Positions 12,647-21,615 of a DNA stretch of 52,751 nucleotides are shown here, piece after piece. Under the pieces are notes generated by a model. The model was not told the DNA's origin. It did not search any database and was given only the letters and a program-made list of their open reading frames with translations. This stretch comes from Candidatus Eiseniibacteriota bacterium (GTDB lineage: Bacteria; Eisenbacteria; RBG-16-71-46), in assembly GCA_041483195.1 (NCBI GenBank), contig JBGPFC010000029.1, positions 1-52,751 on the forward strand, read 5' to 3'. Made by a program: the position numbers and the translations under genes. The stretch's first letter is position 1; each line of letters opens with the position of its first letter.

Positions 12647-13534
12647 TCAGCCCTCCATCTCCTCCAGCGTTCGCGGCCAGTCGCCGCGCAGCAGCCGCGA
12701 GAGCGCGCGATCCGCGAGCAACCGTCCGCCGGTCTGGCAACGTGCGCAGTAGTTGGTCTCGTGCTCCGCGTACACGATGCGCTGCACGGGGGCGCCGCAA
12801 TCGGGACAGGGCGCGCGATGGCGGCCATGCACGGCCATGCCCTCGCGGAACGCCGTGACCTTCTCGGGGAACGCATCACCGGCGTCGCGGCGCAGGCGCT
12901 CGGTCCACTCGGACAGCGTCGCGCGCGTCGCGTCGAACAGCCGCGCGATCTCGGCGTCCGCGAGCCGCGGCGTGCGCCGGAGCGGGGAGAGCCGCGCGCG
13001 ATGGAGGATCTCGTCGGAGTACGCGTTGCCGATTCCGCTGAAGAGCCGCGGGTCCGTGAGCGCGCGCTTGAGCGTGTGATCCTCGCGCTGCAGCGCGGCG
13101 CGGAACTCGGGAAGCGCCGCCTCCAGCACCTCGAGCCCGCCGGGGTCGAGCGCGCGCAGCGCGGATTCCCCGGCGATCACGTGGAGCGAGGCGCGCTGGC
13201 GGGTGCTGGCCTCGGTGAGGAGCAGGGTGCCGGCCGTGAACTCGAAGGCCGCGAGTCCGATCTTGCCCGGCAGGCGCGCGCCGCGCTCCTTCCAGCGGAA
13301 GCGACCGGCGATCATCAGGTGAACGACGAGGAACAGCTCGCCCTCGATGGCGAGCGCGATGCGCTTGCCGATCCGCCGCACCCCGCGTACGCGGCGGCCG
13401 TACGCGGCTTCGATGGGCGGATCGACGGTGCGCAGGAGGTTGGGGCTCGCGATGCGCGCGCGCTCGAGCGTGGCGCCCGCGAGGCGGCGCTCGAGATGCT
13501 CGACGTACACCACGATGTCTGGAAGCTCTGGCAC
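12647..13534 (-). CDS. Fpg/Nei family DNA glycosylase
   Basis: N-terminal PELPD from GTG 13534; HLMIAG; H2TH motif SGIGNAYSDEILH; CPDC...CARCQ zinc finger. Confidence 0.92.
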   Translation of the reverse strand: MPELPDIVVYVEHLERRLAGATLERARIASPNLLRTVDPPIEAAYGRRVRGVRRIGKRIALAIEGELFLVVHLMIAGRFRWKERGARLPGKIGLAAFEFTAGTLLLTEASTRQRASLHVIAGESALRALDPGGLEVLEAALPEFRAALQREDHTLKRALTDPRLFSGIGNAYSDEILHRARLSPLRRTPRLADAEIARLFDATRATLSEWTERLRRDAGDAFPEKVTAFREGMAVHGRHRAPCPDCGAPVQRIVYAEHETNYCARCQTGGRLLADRALSRLLRGDWPRTLEEMEG

Positions 13535-13629
13535 GGCGCGGACGATAGCCGATCGTGGCGCGGGGCGGAGGCTGCGCTCGTGGCGGCGCGAACGGAGGGC
13601 GGCGCGATTGCGCGGCGCCGGCGGTGCGG

Positions 13630-13863
13630 CTAGTGGTAGAGCGAGTCCATGTTGGCCGCGCGGGCCGCGGCCTGATCGGTGACTGCCATCGCGCGGCCGA
13701 CCACCTGCGCGCCGGGGAGCACCGACTTCGCGATGACGCTGTCGCGCTGGCGCTCGGTGAGCTCGGCGTGATGTTCGGTCGTCGAGCACCCCGTGGCCGC
13801 GAACATGGAGAGGGCGGCGAGCGCGAGCAGGGCGGCGAGCGTGCGAATCGAGCGCGTCATCAT
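13630..13863 (-). CDS. Small putative lipoprotein
   Basis: Hydrophobic signal ending ATG-C (lipobox-like), short mature region. Confidence 0.6.
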   Translation of the reverse strand: MMTRSIRTLAALLALAALSMFAATGCSTTEHHAELTERQRDSVIAKSVLPGAQVVGRAMAVTDQAAARAANMDSLYH

Positions 13864-14006
13864 GCTTCCGTTATCGGCGCGAAGCCGCTGGCGCATCACG
13901 GCGATTTGGGCCACCGGCGTCGAAGCCCGCGGAGGGCGCGAGGTGGTGCGGCTCGAGCGAAGGGCCGGGTGCTACACTGCGGCGCGCGACGAGGGGGGAG
14001 CTTCAC

Positions 14007-15101
14007 ATGAACGAAGCGAGCGGTGTTCCGGCGGGCCACCTCGCGGTCCTGCTGCTGACGCTCGCCGCCGGGTCCGCGGCCTCGGAGCCGATCCATCCGG
14101 CCGCGCCCATGAATTTCATCTTCTTCGATCGAGAACGCGGGCGCATCGCGGACCCCGCCTTCCTCGGGAACGGATCCATCGCCGGCGCCCAGCTCAAGTA
14201 CACATGGCGCGAGCTCGAGCCCGAGCGGGATCGATACGAGCTTCGTCCGCTGCTCGCCGACCTCGCGTTCCTCTCGAAGCACGGCAAGCGGCTCTTCATC
14301 CAGCTTCAGGACGTCACCTTCGAAGATCGCGACGCCTGCGTGCCCGACTACCTGCGCGAGGACTCGAGCTTCGGAGGCGGCGTCGCGCGCCAGTACCAGA
14401 TCCGGGGGGACGACGAGTCAACGGCGAGGCCCGACGGATGGGTGGCGCGGCGCTGGGACCCCGCCGTGCGCGCCCGATTCATCGGGCTGCTGCAGGCGCT
14501 CGGCGAGGAACTCGATGGCCGGATCGAAAGAATCAACCTTCCCGAGACGGCCGTGAGCTTCGGCGAGAGCGGCAGGCTTCATCCCGCCGGATTCTCGGAT
14601 ACGAGTTACGTCCGGGGGGTGGAGGCGCTCATGACCGCGGCTCGCCGCGCGTTTCCGCGCTCGCGCGTGATCCAGTACGCCAACTTCATGCCGGGGGAGT
14701 GGCTTCCGTGGACCGACCACGGTTACCTGCGCGCCATCTACGCGCACGCCGATCGCATCGGCGTCGGGGTGGGCGGGCCCGACCTGCTCCCGTATCGGAA
14801 GGGACAGCAGAGCCACAGCCTTCCGCTGATCGCGGGACGCGCGCCCGGCACGGTGGCCGCTCTCGCCGTGCAATGGGGGAACCTCGATGAGAAGAACCCC
14901 GCGACCGGAGCGCGGGTCACGGTGTCGGAGCTGTATCGTTTCGCGAGGGACCGGCTGAGGCTGGACTACATCTTCTGGGGGACGCAGGAGCCGTACTACT
15001 CGAACGACGTGCTTCCATTCATTCGCGGGCTGCCGCGCGTCCCGGTGCGCGGAACGGTCGACTCCGTCACGCCGCACCACGAGGCGCGGGGGCGGGAATG
15101 A
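14007..15101 (+). CDS. Secreted hypothetical protein, possibly a glycoside hydrolase-like TIM barrel
   Basis: GGGAG RBS; signal peptide; YTWRELEP...Y resembles the clan GH-A WxxxEP motif; INLPET. Confidence 0.6.
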   Translation: MNEASGVPAGHLAVLLLTLAAGSAASEPIHPAAPMNFIFFDRERGRIADPAFLGNGSIAGAQLKYTWRELEPERDRYELRPLLADLAFLSKHGKRLFIQLQDVTFEDRDACVPDYLREDSSFGGGVARQYQIRGDDESTARPDGWVARRWDPAVRARFIGLLQALGEELDGRIERINLPETAVSFGESGRLHPAGFSDTSYVRGVEALMTAARRAFPRSRVIQYANFMPGEWLPWTDHGYLRAIYAHADRIGVGVGGPDLLPYRKGQQSHSLPLIAGRAPGTVAALAVQWGNLDEKNPATGARVTVSELYRFARDRLRLDYIFWGTQEPYYSNDVLPFIRGLPRVPVRGTVDSVTPHHEARGRE

Positions 15102-15188
15102 GCGCGCGCGAGGCGCGGCGGATGGTGCCCACCTGGGGTCTGCAGGCGGTGCCGCTCGTCCTGTTCATGCGGGCGTACCGCCGCGAAT

Positions 15189-15752
15189 CTAGGCCGCCTT
15201 CTCCACCAGATGCCCGCGGATCAGCTGCTCGACCGAGCGCACGTCCTTGATGCCGACGAAGCCGATGCGCGACTGCGTCGGATATCCGCGCGACGAAACG
15301 AGCGTGCGGCTCGCGAAGTAGAGGTCGCCCGATCCGTCGGCGCGCTCGATGTGCGAGAGCGCGTCGATGTCGTCGTGCGTGTACGACCGTACCGAGGTGG
15401 CCCCGGCTCGCGAGATGATGAGCGCGCGCCGGTTCGTGACCGCGTACACCGTTCGGCTCGCGCCGAGCCACGCCCAGAGCGGCGAGGCCATGACGCCGAT
15501 CCCGACCAGCAGGAACGGGACGCCGAACAGCGGGAACAGGTTCCACGCTCCCGGCATGTGCGCCCCGCGCGAGGTCATCGAGAACGCCGTGAACATCCAG
15601 AACGCCGCGAAGGCCGCGAACGGAATGCCGACCAGCGTGCCGGGCAGCGCGGCCAGCGCCGATCGCCTGGGGTCGGGCGCGCCGCTCCAGAGCAGGCTCT
15701 CGCCGGCGTCCAGCTGACTCGTGACGATCTGATCCGCTCCGTACTGATCCAT
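15189..15752 (-). CDS. Two-TM membrane protein with bacterial PH-like domain
   Basis: GESLLWSGAP, two TM helices, YAVTNRRAL, DGSGDLYF; GGAGG RBS. Confidence 0.75.
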   Translation of the reverse strand: MDQYGADQIVTSQLDAGESLLWSGAPDPRRSALAALPGTLVGIPFAAFAAFWMFTAFSMTSRGAHMPGAWNLFPLFGVPFLLVGIGVMASPLWAWLGASRTVYAVTNRRALIISRAGATSVRSYTHDDIDALSHIERADGSGDLYFASRTLVSSRGYPTQSRIGFVGIKDVRSVEQLIRGHLVEKAA

Positions 15753-15923
15753 CGTGTTCCTCCCGCGGTTCGCGTGCGGCCGCTCCGGTGCGGCCGTCGG
15801 AGCGGTATCGGCGCGATCGCGGCGGCGATTAAGCGGTGCCGCGCCCCGGCCCTCAAACGATCGCGCCGCCCGGCGGGGTCGCCGGACGGCGCGTCGAACG
15901 CCGGGCCGCGTGTCGCGGGGGCC

Positions 15924-16601
15924 CTACTTCACCTCGATCGTGACCTTCTCCATCTTGAGCGGCTCGCTGGTCTTGCCGCTCTGGGAGCCCGCGGCCTCCA
16001 GCTTCTTCAGCACGTCGAGGCCCTCGGTGACGTCGCCGAAGACCGTGTACTTCCCGTCGAGAAACGGCGTGGCCAGGAACGTCAGGAAGAACTGGCTTCC
16101 ATCGGTGCCGGGGCCGGCGTTCGCCGTCGACAGCACTCCGGCATGATCGTGCTTCACGCTCGCCTTGAACTCGCCGGGAAACTGATAGCCCGGATTCCCG
16201 GTGCCGGTGCCGAGCGGGCAGCCACCCTGCGCCATGAAGCCCGGGATCACGCGATGGAACGAGAGCCCGTCGTAGAACCCGAGCCGCGTGAGATAGATGA
16301 AGCTGGTGACGTGCATCGGCGCCACGTCCGGCATGAACCGGATGACGATCGTTCCCTTGTTGGTCACCATCCGCGCGAAGTACTTGTGCGTCGAATCGAA
16401 GCTGGCGACGTTGGGCTTCGGCAGCGACGTCCTCCACGCGGAATTCGTCTTGTCGACCTTGGCACTCGCGATCATCGCTTCGATCTGCTGCATCGCCTTG
16501 TCCTTTGGAGAGGTGGTCGCGGCCTTCGCCGGAGCGTCCGCCGCCGCCGCGACCGAGGCGGTGCCCAGCGCCAGGATGGCCATCATCAGGAAACGCTTCA
16601 T
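15924..16601 (-). CDS. Exported cyclophilin-type peptidyl-prolyl isomerase
   Basis: GFYDGLSFHRVIPGFMAQGG, ANAGPGTDGSQFF and LDGKYTVFG motifs; signal peptide; GGAGG RBS. Confidence 0.95.
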   Translation of the reverse strand: MKRFLMMAILALGTASVAAAADAPAKAATTSPKDKAMQQIEAMIASAKVDKTNSAWRTSLPKPNVASFDSTHKYFARMVTNKGTIVIRFMPDVAPMHVTSFIYLTRLGFYDGLSFHRVIPGFMAQGGCPLGTGTGNPGYQFPGEFKASVKHDHAGVLSTANAGPGTDGSQFFLTFLATPFLDGKYTVFGDVTEGLDVLKKLEAAGSQSGKTSEPLKMEKVTIEVK

Positions 16602-16718
16602 CGGTTCATCTCCTCCGCAAGGGAATGGGGTCACGGCCACGTAACCACGTATGCCCGCGGCTCGTCGCGAGGGCGCGCGAGCGGGGCGAGGCACGGTAGC
16701 ACCGCCGGGCCGGGAACT

Positions 16719-18242
16719 CTAGGCGGGAGGTTCGGCTTGCGGTGCTCGCGCCGCGCCCGCTTCGCGCGGTTCGAGCAGCCCCGAGCTCAGCCCGCCCCGC
16801 ACGAATTCCAGCACGCGGGCCTCGATGTCACGCGGGGCGCACGCGCACAGCTCGGCGTAGCGCTCGATCGCGTCGCGCACGCTGGTCCCGGCGTCGAGGC
16901 ACTCGATCACGGCGGCGCTCGCCTGCGCGAGTTCCCGGCTCAGGCCCAGGCTTCCGCGTGGGAAGCGCGCCTCGATGCGCGTGCCGCTCTCGGGATCGGG
17001 GCGCGGGCGCTCCTCCACCCACGAAGCTCGTGACGAGAACGAGACGGCGCGTGCCATGAGGGCGCCGTCGTCGAGCGCGGCCAGCGCGAACGACGCGAAC
17101 AGCGCTTCGATCGCTTCCCAGCACAGGCCATCCAGCGAGTCCACCGGAACGCGCGCGGCCGATGCGCGGGGAGCATCGGCCGCCTCGCTCATCAGCACCA
17201 GCGTCTGCGGCAGGCTCGCGATGCCGAGGTCGTCGAAATGCCCGCGGTAACGCGCCGCGGCCGCCGCGTACGCCGGCCCCACGCCGTTCGCGGCGAGGTA
17301 GGCATAGGCCATCGATTCGTCGTCGAGCGAGGCCCCGGGGGTCGCGAGCAGCAGCAGGTTCACCCCGGCCCCGCGCAGCGCTTCGCGGAAGCGCGGCAAC
17401 ACCTGCTCGCCGCGCCGGGAGGGCACGTCCATCAGCAGCATCGCGCGTCCTCCGCGGCTCAGCGCGGCGGGGATCTGGCCGATCATGCGGAGCGCGACCT
17501 CGTCGCCGCGCGGCCCGCCATGCATGGAGGGAGCGAGCGGCGTCCCGGGAGGGTGGGCCACGAATGGCGGTTGCGAAACCACCAGGTCGAACCGCTCGCG
17601 CCGCACCGGCTGCAGCAGGTCGCCATCGAGGAACGTGGCGGAGACTCCGCTCAACCGCGCGTTGAAGCGCGCGATCGCGATCGCCCGCGGGTTGATGTCG
17701 GTGCCGATCGCGGCGCGTGCGCCGCGGCGCGCGGCGACCAGGGCGAGCGAGCCCGCCCCACAGCCCACGTCGAGGAAGCGCCCGCGGATCGCTCGCGGCA
17801 GGGCGCCGGCCAGCAGGTGCGTCGTCTGTCCCGGTCCCATCGCCGCCTCGGGAGCCGAGCCCAGCTCGTCCGACATGATCCAGAGCTCTTCATCGAACGG
17901 AATCAGGCTGAACGCCGCGCGCAGCATGCCGCGCTCGCCGGCCTTGAGCACCCCGGCCGCCCGGAGCGAGCCCACGATCTCGCTTCCGAGCGCCGTCGCG
18001 AGCGCGGGCTGCGGAACCTCGCCCTCGTAGCAGAAGACCTGCGCGAGGACGGCCCATGGTTCGGCGCGGCGAGCGAGCGCCCAGTGAACCAGGGGATTGC
18101 GCAGCGCGCCGAACTGGCCGGCCGCGATGCGCTCCGTTTCCTCGTATGCGCCAGGGCCGAAGCCGGCCGCGATGAATCGCTCGCGCAGCGACTTCAAGTC
18201 CGTGTCGGACATTTCGGCAAGCGGTTCGACGGGCGGGAGCAT
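16719..18242 (-). CDS. HemK/MTS-like class I SAM methyltransferase with C-terminal PqqD-like winged helix
   Basis: FLDVGCGAG, TDINPRA and FDLVVSQPPF motifs; GGGAGG RBS; C-terminus resembles the PqqD pattern. Confidence 0.8.
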   Translation of the reverse strand: MLPPVEPLAEMSDTDLKSLRERFIAAGFGPGAYEETERIAAGQFGALRNPLVHWALARRAEPWAVLAQVFCYEGEVPQPALATALGSEIVGSLRAAGVLKAGERGMLRAAFSLIPFDEELWIMSDELGSAPEAAMGPGQTTHLLAGALPRAIRGRFLDVGCGAGSLALVAARRGARAAIGTDINPRAIAIARFNARLSGVSATFLDGDLLQPVRRERFDLVVSQPPFVAHPPGTPLAPSMHGGPRGDEVALRMIGQIPAALSRGGRAMLLMDVPSRRGEQVLPRFREALRGAGVNLLLLATPGASLDDESMAYAYLAANGVGPAYAAAAARYRGHFDDLGIASLPQTLVLMSEAADAPRASAARVPVDSLDGLCWEAIEALFASFALAALDDGALMARAVSFSSRASWVEERPRPDPESGTRIEARFPRGSLGLSRELAQASAAVIECLDAGTSVRDAIERYAELCACAPRDIEARVLEFVRGGLSSGLLEPREAGAARAPQAEPPA

Positions 18243-18386
18243 CACGGCGCGCACCTCCCTCGGGGCTCGAACGATGGACGGGTGCGAGGTTGCCGCGAAG
18301 CGGGGGCCGGTGCAAGCGATGGCCAAATCGACGAATGCGCCCCGGCCGCCGCCTCGAACCCTTAGGACGGCCGGCGCGGGGCCGGA

Positions 18387-18471
18387 TCGGAATTGACCGA
18401 TTGTTGAAGAGTCGGCCCGCCGAACAATTGACCGAAACGTGTATGCGATCGCGCGCGCGACCGAATAGAAT
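18387..18471. promoter_or_regulatory. Divergent control region with direct repeats and a TAGAAT -10 element
   Basis: AATTGACCGA at 18391 and 18426; TAGAAT at 18466-18471 without a good -35. Confidence 0.45.
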
Positions 18472-18565
18472 GGCGCCCGGCCGGCATCTGAAGCGTTCGG
18501 TCGTCGCGCCGTGAATGCGCGACTCGGATGTCGGTGTTCGCGATCGTGAGGAGCCACTGAAGCAC

Positions 18566-19306
18566 GTGGTCGGAAGAATCGGATGGGCCGGGGCCACGAT
18601 CCTCGGCGTTCTGGCGCTGCCCGCGATCTCGGGCGCGAGCCCGATCGCTCCGCGCGAGACGCGCGCCTCGATCTGCGCCGCCATGCACACCGCGGTTCAC
18701 CACGCGGCGCGCCGTCATCACCCATCGTCCCGCCCGCCGCGCCATCGCCACGTTCACGCGAGCCTGCAGGCCGCGGCCTCCGGTGAGAGTCGCGCGCCGT
18801 TTTCGGCGCCGCGCCCGGCGCCCGCGCACGAGGGCCATCGGCACGCGACGCTCCCGCACGTTTTCAAGATGGGCCAGCATCGCACCGCGAATTCGGGATC
18901 GCGCGACGCGGCCCTCGCGTTCGGCGAGAGCGGCTTGATCGCCGGATCCACGACTCCACTCGACGCCCGTCAGAATCAGGGCGTGAACCAGCCCGAGCAG
19001 ACCCTGAAGGCGGGACGCGGTCCTCCGCGCGCGAGCCCGCTCGCGCCTTTGCCCGCTCCCTCCGCCGCGCGGTCCATCGGTTCCCACTCGCCCGCGCGCC
19101 CCCGTTTCGACATCCCTTCCATCCCTTCAACGTCTTCGCCCGTCGCCCCACCGCGTGGCGCTTTCGCGTCCGCCGCGGATCCGGCACCGGGCGATTTTCG
19201 TTTCGTCCGCTTCAAATCGGCGTGGCCCTGCGGTCACGCCTGCGCCGTCCGCCCGGAGGGCCCGGCGGCGCAATTCTTTCGGCTCTCCACAGGAGGACTC
19301 TCATGA
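18566..19306 (+). CDS. Putative secreted His-rich leader protein with RGPP motif
   Basis: GAGGAG at 18548; hydrophobic N-terminus; His clusters; RGPP at 19016-19027; TGA overlaps the next ATG (ATGA); start could be 18515, 18557 or 18566. Confidence 0.55.
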   Translation: MVGRIGWAGATILGVLALPAISGASPIAPRETRASICAAMHTAVHHAARRHHPSSRPPRHRHVHASLQAAASGESRAPFSAPRPAPAHEGHRHATLPHVFKMGQHRTANSGSRDAALAFGESGLIAGSTTPLDARQNQGVNQPEQTLKAGRGPPRASPLAPLPAPSAARSIGSHSPARPRFDIPSIPSTSSPVAPPRGAFASAADPAPGDFRFVRFKSAWPCGHACAVRPEGPAAQFFRLSTGGLS

Positions 19307-19725
19307 TTCGCAAGCGTTCATTCACCGGCCTGCTGGTTCTGGCGCTCGTGCTGCCGCTCGTGGCGCACGCCGAGGGAACCACGCCGGCCGCCGCGAAGGC
19401 CGCTCCGGCGACCGCGGCGGCTCCGGCGACCGCGACCGCCCCGGCCAAGGCGGCCCCGGCGCCTCACGCGTCGGCGGCCACGAAGCCCGCGGTCTCCGCG
19501 ACCAAGGCGGCGCCGGCGGCGAGCGAGAAGCTCGATCTCAACTCCGCGAGCCGGGAAGAGCTGATGAAGGTCCCGGGCATCGGTGAGGCGACCGCCGACA
19601 AGATCATCGCGGCGCGCCCGTTCAAGACCAAGAGCGAGCTCGTCACCAAGAACATCGTGAACCGTGCGCAGTTCGCGAAGCTCACCGCGCACGTGATCGC
19701 GAAGCAGGTCGTGGCGGCCAGGTAA
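19303..19725 (+). CDS. Secreted ComEA-like helix-hairpin-helix protein
   Basis: Signal peptide, Ala/Pro/Lys linker, LDLNSASREELMKVPGIGEATADKIIAARPF. Confidence 0.9.
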   Translation: MIRKRSFTGLLVLALVLPLVAHAEGTTPAAAKAAPATAAAPATATAPAKAAPAPHASAATKPAVSATKAAPAASEKLDLNSASREELMKVPGIGEATADKIIAARPFKTKSELVTKNIVNRAQFAKLTAHVIAKQVVAAR

Positions 19726-19808
19726 CGGAAGTCTCGAAACACGCCTGCCGCCCGCATGGAGGGCGCGGCGGCAGGCGCGACAACGCCCTCCACAGGAGAT
19801 CCAACCTC

Positions 19809-20171
19809 ATGAAGACCCGAATCGGAATCACGTTCCTGCTCGCGGCCGCGCTCGCGCTGCCGCTCGTCGCGCACGCCCAGGGCGGCGACGCCGCCTCCAC
19901 GCCTCCGGCCAAGGCCGCGAAGGCGGGCGGAGAGACGTCGAAGCACGCGGCCATGAAGGCCGAGCCCAAGGTCGATCTCAACAGCGCGACCAAGGAAGAG
20001 CTGATGAAGGTGGACGGCATCACCGACGCGATCGCGGACAAGATCATCGCCGCGCGTCCGCTGAAGGGCCGCGCCGACCTGATGGGCAAGAAGCTCGTCA
20101 CCAAGGCGGAGTATTCGAAGATCCGCATGCACGTCACGGTGAAGCCCGCCGCCGGCGAGGCGAAGAAGTAA
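19809..20171 (+). CDS. Secreted ComEA-like helix-hairpin-helix protein (tandem paralog)
   Basis: Signal peptide, VDLNSATKEELMKVDGITDAIADKIIAARP. Confidence 0.9.
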   Translation: MKTRIGITFLLAAALALPLVAHAQGGDAASTPPAKAAKAGGETSKHAAMKAEPKVDLNSATKEELMKVDGITDAIADKIIAARPLKGRADLMGKKLVTKAEYSKIRMHVTVKPAAGEAKK

Positions 20172-20194
20172 CTCGGCGCATCGAAGCAACGCGT

Positions 20195-20222
20195 GACGCC
20201 GCGGGCGATCGCCCGCGGCGTC
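20195..20222 (+). terminator. Hairpin, probable terminator
   Basis: Perfect palindrome GACGCCGCGGGCGATCGCCCGCGGCGTC after the second HhH gene. Confidence 0.6.
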
Positions 20223-20504
20223 TTCGCGTTCGGGCCACGGAGGCGGGATCGGGCGGAGCGATCCCGCTCGAGCCGCGCCCGCGATCCGGGCGGTGGCCGG
20301 CGCCGGGTGCCGCCCCGCGCGGCGGGGAACTTGACGGCGCGCGCCGGTCTCGCCGAAGGTGGATCGCATGACCCTCCGCCCGCGCGGAGCGGCTCAAGAA
20401 GCGGTGTGCGCGCGACGAGAACATGCCGGCAGGGGGCCGTGCGTGGATCCTCGCGCGGCGGTTCCGTACGAGGTTCGCGCGGATCGACGGGGAGGAGCGA
20501 GGTC

Positions 20505-21614
20505 GTGACCGATTCGGGCGAACCCTGGCCGCTGGTTTCCGTGGTGATGCCGGTGCGGAACGAGGCAGCGTTCATCGCCCGAAATCTCGAGGCGGTGCTC
20601 GCCCAGGATTACCCGGCGGACCGCATCGAGGTGCTGGTCGCGGACGGTCGCTCCGACGACGGCACCCGCGAGATCGTGGGCGACCTGATCGCGCGCACCC
20701 GCCGCCACGGCGCCGCCACCGGCACGGACCCGCGCGCCGCCGCCGGCGCGGCGGAACACGCGGCCGCGTCACCGATCGTGCTCATCGACAACCCGGATCG
20801 CATCATGCCCGCCGGCACCAACGCCGCGATCCGCCAGGCGCGCGGCGAGATCGTGCTGCTGCTGGGCGGCCACGCCGCGCTTCCTCCCGGATACATCCGC
20901 GCCTGCGCCCGCTGCCTGCGCGAGACCGGCGCGGACTGCGTGGGCGGCGCGATGATCTCGGTGGGGGACGGCGCCATGGGCGAGGCGATCGCGGCGGCGA
21001 TGAGCTCACCGTTCGGGATCGGCAACTCGGCCTTCCGCACCACGCAGGGCGAGGCGGCTCCGGTCGCGGCCGACACCGTGCCGTTCGGCGCATATCGCCG
21101 CGACGTATTCGCTCGCGTCGGCCTCTTCAACCCCGGGATGGTCCGGCACCAGGACTACGAGTTCAACTATCGCCTGCGTCGCGCCGGCGGCCGCATCCTG
21201 CTGCTCCCTTCGCTCAAGGCCGTCTACCACGTACGCTCGACGCTGGCCGGGTTGTGGCGGCAGTACTGGCAGTACGGCATCTGGAAGGGCCGGTTCGTGC
21301 GCCGGTTCCCCGCCTCGCTGCGCCCGCGTCACCTCGCGCCATCGGTGCTCGCGCTCGCGCTGGCGGCCGGCGCGGCGCTCGCGCCGCGGTTCCCGGCGGC
21401 CGGTCTCGCGCTCGCCGCGATCGCCGCGCTCTACGCCGCGTTCCTGCTGCTCGCGCTCGCGAGCTTCGCGTTCTCCGGCCGCGCACGCCTGATCCCCGCG
21501 CTGCTGCTGGTGCTGCCGTGCCTGCACTTCGGCTACGGTCTGGGCGTATGGCTCGGGCTGCTGATGCCGCGCGTGGCCGACGCCCCCACGCTCGAGATCC
21601 CGGCGCGGGGCTGA
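20505..21614 (+). CDS. Glycosyltransferase family 2 (ExoA-like)
   Basis: VSVVMPVRNE, DGRSDDGT, DTVPFGAYRR, HQDYEFNYRL; C-terminal TMs; GGAGG upstream of GTG 20505. Confidence 0.9.
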   Translation: MTDSGEPWPLVSVVMPVRNEAAFIARNLEAVLAQDYPADRIEVLVADGRSDDGTREIVGDLIARTRRHGAATGTDPRAAAGAAEHAAASPIVLIDNPDRIMPAGTNAAIRQARGEIVLLLGGHAALPPGYIRACARCLRETGADCVGGAMISVGDGAMGEAIAAAMSSPFGIGNSAFRTTQGEAAPVAADTVPFGAYRRDVFARVGLFNPGMVRHQDYEFNYRLRRAGGRILLLPSLKAVYHVRSTLAGLWRQYWQYGIWKGRFVRRFPASLRPRHLAPSVLALALAAGAALAPRFPAAGLALAAIAALYAAFLLLALASFAFSGRARLIPALLLVLPCLHFGYGLGVWLGLLMPRVADAPTLEIPARG

Positions 21615-21615
21615 G

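Noticed and set aside
18311..18327. Sigma54-like site on the minus strand before the methyltransferase (TTGGCCATCGCTTGCA)
   Set aside because: GG-to-GC spacing is 9 nt rather than the required 10
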